Shown one piece after another: positions 1 to 8,900 of a DNA stretch of 51,104 bases (the stretch's first letter is position 1; each line of letters starts with the position of its first letter). Under the pieces are notes generated by a model that saw nothing but the letters and a program-made list of their open reading frames with translations, ran no database searches and was not told the origin of the DNA. This DNA is from an uncultured Verrucomicrobia subdivision 3 bacterium (GTDB lineage: Bacteria; Verrucomicrobiota; Verrucomicrobiia; Limisphaerales; UBA11358): contig CAILDU010000188.1 in assembly GCA_903833055.1 (NCBI GenBank), forward strand, positions 1-51,104. Direction: 5' to 3'. Position numbers and translations under genes: made by a program.

Positions 1-3000
1 ATGGTTGAATTCCCAGCGAATCCAGCCGAGAAGGTCAAGTTGCCGCCAACTGTGGCGGCTGCAGGATTAGGTGTGGTATCAGTAATAACCACTGGCGCGC
101 TCGCTGCCTGCACTGTCAAAGTAACCGGCGCACTCGTGACGGAGCTGCCGCCGAACGGTGTGCCGATTAGCTGGAGCTGATACGTCCCCAGTAAACCAGT
201 AGTATTCAAAACATAGTTGGTGGTGGTAGCTCCGCTGATGTTCGCATAGCCGCTGCCGCTATCTGCCTGCCATTGATAGGCGGTTGAACCGCTGCCACCG
301 ACGACCGGCGCAGCCAGCGTAACGGAGTTGTCAGCGTAAGTATTATTAGTCGGCGAGACGGTGGCCGGAAAAACTACAATGGTGTTGGCAGCAATATATT
401 TCGCCGTCAACTGCGCTTCGACATTGGTAATCTGCGTGAAAGTCAACACGCCGCTATAAATATCAACTTCAGCAATTTTTCCCACCAGTCCATCGCCGCC
501 GCCATGATTGTTGCCGATGCGCGTGATGGGTTGCGTGAACGTTGCCCCGGCAACATTGGTTCCGTCAGCTACGCCATTATATCGAAAGGCTGCGCCGGAA
601 GCATTGACGGCTAGATCAAGCAAGCTGAAGCTCATTGTCGGAACATTCGTAGCGCCACTGCCGACATCCTGATTGTATTCTCTCAAGTAATTCTGTTTGC
701 CGTTATAGATATCATATTCCAAAGCATCTGACGCCGAACCGCCGATAATGGCACGACGCCCGGAAGTATTCGTCGGCATGATATAAGTGAATACCGTATA
801 GCCATTGGATTGGGCCAGTGGTGCGGCAAGCACAAAACTGCCGTCGTTGGTAAAGATATTTACCGCCGAAGAACCATTGGGTGTCGCAAAGTTAACTTGC
901 GTGGGATTTTGGGTGCCGGAATATGTGGCGTTGTTATTGTTAGTCGTAGAGTCAGTCCAAACGCCACTACCTGCATCGTAATTAGTCGCCAGCAATTGCA
1001 CCGCTGGTGTCAAGGGAACCACCGCCAACTGTAACCAAGTGCTATTAGCCGCATAAGGCGATACGTTATTGGTCGCCCGCAGACTATAGTATTTTCCTGA
1101 GTCGTTCAGTTGAAGGTTAGTCAACACCAAGGTGGTATTGGTTTGCCCCGTAAGACTGGTTGCGCCGGTGCCGGAAGAATTGTTAGCGATCTGCCATTGA
1201 TAACCACCAATCGGCAAAGTTCCATTGAATGTGGCGGTCAACGTATCATTGCCACCAACCGCAGCTACGCTGGGGTTAGCCGTGGTGTCCGCCACAACTA
1301 CTGGCGCACTCGCCGCCTGCACCGTCAAGGTGACCGGCGCGCTGGTGACGGCGCCGCCGCCAAAGGGCGTTACGACCAATTGATACTGATAAGTATTCGG
1401 CGTCAGACTGGTGGTAGTCAGCGCATAGTTGGTGGTGGTAGCGCCGCTGATGTTAGCGTAACTGGCACCGCCGCTGCCGTTGTCCGTCTGCCATTGATAA
1501 CCCGTCGTTCCGGTCGCGCCAATGACCGACGCTGCAAGGGTAACGGAAGTTCCGGCATAAATGTTATTGGTGGGACTGACCGTGGCTGGTCCGACTACTA
1601 CGCTATTAGCTGTGATATATCTGGCCGTCAACTGCGCCTCGACGTTGGTAATTTGGTAGGGAGTCAACACGCCGCTATAAATGTCAATTTCCACAACTTG
1701 TCCGATAAAATTATCACCTGCGCCCGTATTACCGCCGAGGCGGGTAATCGGTTGCGAGAAAGTGGCACCGCCTTGTGTGCCATCCGACGCACCATTCAAC
1801 CGGAAGGCCGCACCGGATGAATTCACCGCCAAATTAATTAAGCTAAAACTGCTGGTGGGAATGGTCGCCGTTCCTGAACCTTTATCAGAGACAAACTCAA
1901 CAAGGTAATTTTGCTTATTATTAAACAAGTCATACTCAAGGGCATTACCACCAGCAGACCCGCCAGTAAGGGCAAAGCGTGATCCTGTGCTGCTGTTCGG
2001 CTTAACATACGCAAACACCGTGTAACCACTACCTGCCGAAAGGGACGAAGCCAGAGAAAAATATTGGTTTACAGCGGTAAAACTTAATGTCGGACTACCG
2101 TTCGGCGTGGCAACCGAAACCAAAGTAGGCTTTGTTCCGCCCGAATATGTGGCGTTATTACCGTTGCCACTGGAATCCGTCCACACGCCGCTCGTTGCGT
2201 TGTAGTTGGTGGACTGATACTGCACCAAAGCTGTCAATGGCTGCACAGTCAATTGCACCCAGCTACTATTGGCGGAAAATGGTGAAACGGTATTCGTTGC
2301 CTGAAGGCTGTAATAACCGGCATTGGTTGATTGCAGATTGACCAAAGAGAGTGTGTTGTTGGTTGCTCCCGCAATGTTGACTGCCCCGCTGCCGGATGAA
2401 TTGGTGCTGAACTGCCATTGATAACTAATCGGCGAACTGCCGGCAAATGAAGCATAGAAAGATGCGCTGCCGCCGACCATGACAGTGCTAGAACTGGCGG
2501 TAGTATCCGAAAACACCACCGGCGCGCTGATGGAGCTTACATAAGTAGCCGTCAAAGCCTTCTCGATATTGGTGATTTGCACCGCCGTCAGCACGTTGGT
2601 AAAAATAGCAATCTCACAGATAGAGCCGCTAAAATTTTCATTGCCGGTGCCACTGCCGCCGGCGCCAACCGCACTGACGGGCTGCGTAAGCGCACTGTTC
2701 GCAGTATTGGTTCCATCGGCGGCTCCATTGAGGCGAAAACTATTGCCAGTCCCAGTCAAGATAGTGTTAATCACACTGAAAGCCGAGGTGGACATGGCGG
2801 TAGTCTCTGAACCAAGATCCGCCTGCGACCGGCGCAGGTCATTTTGTTTGCCACCGTTGATGCGATACTCAAACGAACCCGCAGCTCCTCCAAAAAGCGC
2901 ATACGGCCCTGCCCCTGTGGCCGGTTTGATGTAAGCAAAAATAGTATAAGGAGTGCCACTAGGAATAGACGATGCGAGTGTCAGATAATTTGCTCCGTTG

Positions 3001-3308
3001 AACACCACCGCCGCCGAACCATTTGGACTGACACCGGTTGATAGAGTAGGAAAAGTGCCGCCAGCTTGCGCGTTGGGGCCGACCGTATTTGTCCAAAGAC
3101 CACTGGTCGCGTTATAGTTGGCCGCTTGCAATCGCAATGCCGGAATCTGCGCTTGCGCCATCTGGCCGCTGGCCCAAGCCGCGAGCAGCAAGAGGCTGGC
3201 AACTCGGATGATGGCGCTGGCGGGTTTGACTAAATTACCTTGTGATGGATTCGATGCTTGGGTGCTGGATTTCATAGGTGACACAGGAACTGCGGTTTCG
3301 GGTTTCAT
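1..3308 (-). CDS. Large secreted protein with repeated LamG/ConA-like jelly-roll and Ig-like domains; C-terminus runs off the window (>1102 aa)
   Basis: Not in the ORF track because there is no stop in the window. Manual translation from ATG 3308 gives MKPETAVPVSPMKSS...IIRVASLLLLAAWASGQMAQAQ (signal peptide). Three modules begin [TA]NY[ND]AxSGxWT and are separated by Ig-like units with YQWQ. Frame checked at 3308, ~2250 and 1-190. Alternative start at 3275. Confidence 0.88.
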   Translation of the reverse strand, partial: MKPETAVPVSPMKSSTQASNPSQGNLVKPASAIIRVASLLLLAAWASGQMAQAQIPALRLQAANYNATSGLWTNTVGPNAQAGGTFPTLSTGVSPNGSAAVVFNGANYLTLASSIPSGTPYTIFAYIKPATGAGPYALFGGAAGSFEYRINGGKQNDLRRSQADLGSETTAMSTSAFSVINTILTGTGNSFRLNGAADGTNTANSALTQPVSAVGAGGSGTGNENFSGSICEIAIFTNVLTAVQITNIEKALTATYVSSISAPVVFSDTTASSSTVMVGGSASFYASFAGSSPISYQWQFSTNSSGSGAVNIAGATNNTLSLVNLQSTNAGYYSLQATNTVSPFSANSSWVQLTVQPLTALVQYQSTNYNATSGVWTDSSGNGNNATYSGGTKPTLVSVATPNGSPTLSFTAVNQYFSLASSLSAGSGYTVFAYVKPNSSTGSRFALTGGSAGGNALEYDLFNNKQNYLVEFVSDKGSGTATIPTSSFSLINLAVNSSGAAFRLNGASDGTQGGATFSQPITRLGGNTGAGDNFIGQVVEIDIYSGVLTPYQITNVEAQLTARYITANSVVVGPATVSPTNNIYAGTSVTLAASVIGATGTTGYQWQTDNGSGGASYANISGATTTNYALTTTSLTPNTYQYQLVVTPFGGGAVTSAPVTLTVQAASAPVVVADTTANPSVAAVGGNDTLTATFNGTLPIGGYQWQIANNSSGTGATSLTGQTNTTLVLTNLQLNDSGKYYSLRATNNVSPYAANSTWLQLAVVPLTPAVQLLATNYDAGSGVWTDSTTNNNNATYSGTQNPTQVNFATPNGSSAVNIFTNDGSFVLAAPLAQSNGYTVFTYIMPTNTSGRRAIIGGSASDALEYDIYNGKQNYLREYNQDVGSGATNVPTMSFSLLDLAVNASGAAFRYNGVADGTNVAGATFTQPITRIGNNHGGGDGLVGKIAEVDIYSGVLTFTQITNVEAQLTAKYIAANTIVVFPATVSPTNNTYADNSVTLAAPVVGGSGSTAYQWQADSGSGYANISGATTTNYVLNTTGLLGTYQLQLIGTPFGGSSVTSAPVTLTVQAASAPVVITDTTPNPAAATVGGNLTFSAGFAGNST

Positions 3309-3535
3309 AGGGTTATCAACTTATTGCTTGCCGACTGGATTAACACCGGCACGCCGGCATTGCGGACACCGACCTAACGCTGAAAGAAATTTTTGTTGGA
3401 TGATTTTCGGGAAGTTAAACATTTTTCGGTATGGAATAATATGACGCCTCACCTTTCGTAAAAATGGCGGGTGGCAATGCTTCCACTATCCCGTAGAAAT
3501 CAGCCAGCGTAAATAGCCAGAGAAAGTAGCGGTCG

Positions 3536-3555
3536 CATCACCGAAATAGGGGATG
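3536..3555. promoter_or_regulatory. Palindromic operator-like site CATCACC-N6-GGGGATG, copy 1
   Basis: CATCACCGAAATAGGGGATG, ~230 bp upstream of the LamG/Ig gene; near-identical copy at 10386-10405. Confidence 0.6.
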
Positions 3556-3639
3556 CTTGCACGGCGCGGAGTTGCGGAAAAATTTGCCGCGCCCACAAAA
3601 ACAACGCGGCAACGGGAAAAACCGACGGTGAAAACCAGA

Positions 3640-4332
3640 CTAACTTCCGGCGGGAGTCTTGGACGCCATGTAACGGACTACGGCCTCGGTGCGGGAACTG
3701 ACGTGCATTTTTTCGAAGACGTGTTTCAGGTGGTGGCAAACGGTATCCACACTGATTTCAAGATTGTCGGCGATCATCTTGTTGGAATGACCTTTGGCCA
3801 GCAGTAATAAAATTTGTTCCTCACGCGCCGACAGACGCAGCGACTCGTCGCGGGTCTTGGCCTTGAGCCGGAAAGATTCGACGACGCGCCGCGCAATCTC
3901 GCTGGTCATCGGCGCGCCACCAGACAGCACATCCAACAGCGCCGCGCGCAAATCCGCCGGCTTGGTGCGCTTCAATAAATAACCATCGGCTCCAGCTTCG
4001 AGCGCCATGAATACCAACTCTTCATCGTTCATGGCGGTGAGAATAATGATGCGAACTTCTGGCATCAACGCCTTGAGACGTGACGTGCATTCGATGCCGG
4101 ACATGCGCGGCAGAAAAATATCCATGAGCACGGCATCGGGTTTAGCTTCAGGAATCACACGCAAGGCTTCCTCGGCGGTCTTGCAAATACAAACACAGGA
4201 AAGATCGGGAAACGAGTTGATGAGCTGGCTCCAATTATCGCGCACTTTGGGTTGGTCTTCTACCAGCGCGATTTTAAGTGGCGACTTGGCGGAAATTTTG
4301 AGCGGCGAACTGGCTTTGGCGGACTTGGACAT
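3640..4332 (-). CDS. NarL/FixJ-family response regulator (REC + LuxR HTH)
   Basis: LVED, MDIFLPRMSG (phospho-Asp), GADGYLLK; C-terminal LSAREEQILLLLAKGHSNKMIADNLEISVDTV. Confidence 0.96.
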   Translation of the reverse strand: MSKSAKASSPLKISAKSPLKIALVEDQPKVRDNWSQLINSFPDLSCVCICKTAEEALRVIPEAKPDAVLMDIFLPRMSGIECTSRLKALMPEVRIIILTAMNDEELVFMALEAGADGYLLKRTKPADLRAALLDVLSGGAPMTSEIARRVVESFRLKAKTRDESLRLSAREEQILLLLAKGHSNKMIADNLEISVDTVCHHLKHVFEKMHVSSRTEAVVRYMASKTPAGS

Positions 4333-4335
4333 AAT

Positions 4336-5838
4336 TTATTTTTTGCCTTTAACCGACTTGGCTGGTTGGCTGGTTAACCGATTACTGGAATACCAGTTCG
4401 ACCACCACGGGCGACGGCGCATCTGAATGAACGGAATATAAAATTCAATCCGGCAGCCGTTGCCGGGCTGGCTGGTCAGAATACATTTTCCGCCGACCTC
4501 ATTCAAGCGTTGCGCCATGTTCTGCAAACCATTGCGTTCCGTCTTGGTTTGTGCCGGATCAAAACCACGACCGTTATCTTGCACCACAACGGTCAAACCT
4601 TCGCCGTGTCGCCGGATTTGCAGTTGCAGTTCCGTGGCGCCGGAATGTTTGGCGACATTGTTGAGTGCTTCTTTGACGGCCAGCAACAGGCTGCGGCGAA
4701 ATGGCAAATCGAACGCCACGGCGGACATCGCCGGTTCCACGTCCAAAATACATTGGATGGACGTGGCTTTCAAAAATGTCTGGGCGTGGCCGCACACGAA
4801 CGTGGCGAATTCGTGCAATGTGTCGCGCCGAGGATTGATGGCCCATAAAATTTCATCCATCGCCAACAAAGCTTCGCGCGCCTCGTCGGAAATCCGTTCC
4901 AGTTGAGCACGCGTGCGAGAACCGGAAGGCAATTCGCTTTGCGCCACTTCGCCTTGCAACACGAGTTGCGTAACGCGCGTGCCGAGGTCGTCATGAATAT
5001 CGCGGGCGATGCGGGCGCGCTCCTGATGCAGAAGTAATTTTTCTTTTCTGTGTAGCAATAGTTGTGAGCCGAGAATGAAACTAAACAAACTGACCACGCC
5101 ACAGACGATTAACAGCAAAGCTTCAAACCAGTCAGTTTTCCAAAAGGGAATGTTCAGCGGCTGTAGCGGTGGAACTAAATCAATATAATCCATCGTGCCC
5201 CAGGGTCCGAAACCAAAGGGAGATTCAACCGTGGCGCGCCGCCAGCTCTCACCCGGCTCCCCCATTTTTTCCCAACCGGAAACGTCTTCTGGAACCATCC
5301 GCCAACTCGCGTCCGATTTCACCGCGACGACGCCGCCGGATGACAATCCCACCTGCATGCCAAACATAAAACCGGCTTCGCGCGAACTGTTGTAAACTTC
5401 CACCGCCAAAATGTGTTTGCCCGGCGATAACAGTGAGGTGATGTCGTATTCGTAGAGATGCCGCCACTCGGCGTCGCGACCGATTTCCCGTCCGTCCAGA
5501 TAGAGAATGTATTCATTGTCCGCCGTAATCCGCAAACGCGCCCGACGAACGGAAGTGCCATCGGGAATTTCAAAAGCTTTCCAAAAGCGAACGGTCTGCC
5601 GATCAAAAGTATTTGTTTCCCAAATCCACGCGCCCATGTCGCGGAAGTTATGGGAACCGCGTTCGGAAAGTGAATCCTTAACCGGTTCCAATGGATCATC
5701 TACATTGGTGTTTTTGAGGACTGATGGTGGCACGGATGAAAACTGCAAAGACTGGCTCCAGGCGGCTGACAAGCTCATTGCCAGCATGATTAAAATGATG
5801 CGAACGACTGGCGCGGAAATTTTTTGGCTCGTCTGCAT
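4336..5838 (-). CDS. Membrane sensor histidine kinase (HisKA_3 + HATPase) with extracytoplasmic CBM67-like domain
   Basis: Signal peptide, WIW...ITADN...GPWG domain, one TM helix, ERARIARDIHDDLG H-box, EALNNVAKHS, DNGRGF, GLQNM. ATG 5838 preferred over the track start 5868. Confidence 0.93.
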   Translation of the reverse strand: MQTSQKISAPVVRIILIMLAMSLSAAWSQSLQFSSVPPSVLKNTNVDDPLEPVKDSLSERGSHNFRDMGAWIWETNTFDRQTVRFWKAFEIPDGTSVRRARLRITADNEYILYLDGREIGRDAEWRHLYEYDITSLLSPGKHILAVEVYNSSREAGFMFGMQVGLSSGGVVAVKSDASWRMVPEDVSGWEKMGEPGESWRRATVESPFGFGPWGTMDYIDLVPPLQPLNIPFWKTDWFEALLLIVCGVVSLFSFILGSQLLLHRKEKLLLHQERARIARDIHDDLGTRVTQLVLQGEVAQSELPSGSRTRAQLERISDEAREALLAMDEILWAINPRRDTLHEFATFVCGHAQTFLKATSIQCILDVEPAMSAVAFDLPFRRSLLLAVKEALNNVAKHSGATELQLQIRRHGEGLTVVVQDNGRGFDPAQTKTERNGLQNMAQRLNEVGGKCILTSQPGNGCRIEFYIPFIQMRRRPWWSNWYSSNRLTSQPAKSVKGKK

Positions 5839-5910
5839 CAATAAGAATGATTCGCAATCTACGGTCAACGCCAGCTCTTCTCAAGCATCATGCTCAAAAG
5901 AAATTGTTAA

Positions 5911-8900
5911 TCACGGATACGCGATGCGAAAAAAAACGCTCCCGGTGGCGAGGTTGAGCGGTAGAGAAAATTGATTGGTGAAAGCGGAGCCGAGAACGGT
6001 CAGCCAATTTGTTCCCAACCCAAGACCAAGTGAATTGGTCTGCGCCTGCAATTGCCAGCCCGCATGATCCGCCGGCCAGCGCAACTGAAGCTGGCTGCCC
6101 GCGAACTGAAATGCCAGTTGTGGCCGCGTCAACAAAGGCGCAAATGCCAGCTGCACGTTGTCTATGAAAACGGTGTTGTCGCCGCCATTAGTATCTGTGC
6201 CGACAAAAGCCAACGCGTGACTGCTCGCACTCGAAGCGGTAAAAGTCGCGGAGTAATCGCCATAGCTTTGCGCTGTCTCTGGCGGCGCGTAAGTGCCGAT
6301 CACCGTCCCGTCCAATTGCAACTGCCACGTCTGTCCCTTTTGTTGACCGTAGATGTTGTTTCGTTGAGCAGCCGAAAATGTGACTTGATAAATTGCCCCC
6401 GCAATCAATCCCATCAGCGTTTGTGAAATGGTCGCGGCGCCTTGCAGAAAAGCTATTTGACCACCTTGCGGCGCGCTGGGATTGCCACTGTTGAAAGCAC
6501 TACCATTCGTGCTGATGCCGGAGCCGTTGGCGCCGGACTGGGCGGTGAATGTCCAACTTCCACCGGACGGATTGTATTGATAGGTGCTGGTGGTCGGCGT
6601 TTCAAAACTGAAGTTGGCCACCAACCCCGGAGTCGCACTCACCTCTGTGGAATTAGCGCTTTCGCTGCCGCCGCTCACGGCCGAGACGACATAGTAATAG
6701 GTCGTGTTGTTGGTCAGCGCGAAATCTATAAAATTAGTTCCGGTCACGCCGGTAGCCATCGTCACATAACCGGAACCGGCGGTGGTGGAACGCTTCACAT
6801 TAAAGCTGTTGGCATTCGGCACGTAATTCCAATTCAATAAAATCTGGCCGTTGCCAGCTGATGCTTTCAGACTCGTGGGCGGCGAAATAAAAATATTCCA
6901 GGAAAACGAATAAGTGCCAGAGCCAACCGTCCACACCAGATAAGTTTGTGAACCGCTACCAGTCACCTGACTGAACAAGGCACCAGTCACGCTTCCAGCC
7001 ACCGCACCATTCTGCCAAATCGTCGTCCCACTTTCCTTGACCAGTAAGTTAGTGGTAATGCTGCCTAGGGTTGGTAAATATATTGATGCGGTTGCGCCGA
7101 CGGGAATCGTCACATTCATCGTGGCGAGGTTGTTGGTCACCGCCCAGTTGTTAGTGATGTTTCCGCGAACGGAAGCGTAGTAGGCATTGACCCAACTGAT
7201 ACCGCTGACAAAGGTCGGCTTGATGATGACATGCTGAAAGCCGGGCGCAGCCGGATCATTTTGAATTCCCGCCAGATCGTGATAGAACCATTCGGTGATA
7301 TGCCCAAGCATAAAGTGATCCTGCGAGGAACTAGTGTTGGCATTCCACGCCTCGGTTAATGCCGTCGCTCCCTGACTTAAGATATAACCATAGCCCGGAT
7401 TATTGGTTCCGCCGTGCAAACTATAAACTACATCTGAGCGCCCCATATCTGCCAGAGCGCGCAGGAGATAACGATGGCCAATGTCGCCAGCAGTCAAGCC
7501 TTGTGAATTTACATTCGCCACGAGCGCCGACAACACCGCCGCCTGATTGTTGGAACTGACAATCCCCAAATACAGCGGCAATGATTGCGCCGTCTGCGAG
7601 CCGGTGGCGTAATAGCCATTCGCGTCGGAGTAATAAGTGTTGTTGAACGCGGCGGCAATGTTGGTTGCGAGCAAATTGAATTGCGTCGCGTCGGCGGGCT
7701 TACCAATTTTCGTGGCGACTTGCGCCAGAATTTGCGCGTCCTGACAATAGTAGGCATCGGCAGTCAGCGAAATCGGTGTCAATTGCGAGTAGCCTGGCGC
7801 GTTTGGCCCGATGTCATACCAGTCACCCAAACCACTGGGATAACTCAGGAAATTATTGACCGCCTGATTTTTCAGGTAGCCAAAATAATTTGTCATCGTG
7901 GAATAATAATTTCGCAGCAACATATCATCGCCGGTGAAAAGATAGTGTTGCCACGGCACAATGATGACTGAACTGCCCCATTCCGGCGAATCGCGGAAGC
8001 CGCCGCTGAAGACCGCATATTCCGGCGCGATGCTGGGTTGCAGGCCGGATGAAGTCTGACTGTCAGCCATGTCCTGCATGGTTTTGGCAAACAACTGGCC
8101 GACATCAAATTCATAACGCAGCGATGGACCGTGCAGATTGTATTGTTCCAGCCAGCCAAGGCGTTCGCGATGCGGACAATCGGTAAGGATGCTAATGAGA
8201 TTATTCCTTTGCGCCCAACGAATGAGCGTGCGCGTGCGATTGAGCAAATCACTGGAGCAGGAAAAGTCACCCGCGCTGGTGGTCGCGCTCTGAATGACCA
8301 CACCAGACAACGCATCCACCACCGGTAATTGCGACGAGCCGGTGGCAGCGGTCAAGGTGACTTGGAGATAACGACAGCCGTGATAGAAAAATTTTGGCGT
8401 CCATGTTTCTGAGCCTGTGCCAGCCAGCGTGTATTGCCAATAAGCACTGCCGCCGCCGACGGAAGTGCGATTAACTGTCCCATCCGAATTAGTCAATTCA
8501 GCGGGAGTAATTTTAATAACAGCGCCAGCCTGACCATGTGCGATTAGCGTCGGAATGAGTGCCGCATTCTGGCCGAGATCATAAACAATGTTGGTGCTGT
8601 AAATTGTGTTAGTGCGAATGGGTTGTAGTATTTGGGTCGCGACTATCGGTGGAGCGGCGTGAGATTGTCCGCGCAAAATTCCGCTGGGACTATTGGTGAC
8701 GACTGCCGCCGCCCAAGACACGGCATTGAAACCAGTTTTATCCCAGCCGGATTGCACAAGTCGGGCATCGTAATCTTCACCGCCATAAACGTGAGAGTAA
8801 GTGATAGGGCCGGAGGCTGTCTGCCATTGACTGTCGCTGGCGATGACCTGACTGGTGCCGTTGGTGTAATAAAGGTAAATCTGCGCAATCACTTTTGGCG

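Noticed and set aside
810-3444. Many short plus- and minus-strand ORFs in the track
   Set aside because: They overlap the real minus-strand 1-3308 gene and show no protein-like motifs
4272-4332. Short duplication at the regulator N-terminus (SAKASSPLKI / SAKSPLKI)
   Set aside because: Real, but a trivial slippage event outside the receiver domain
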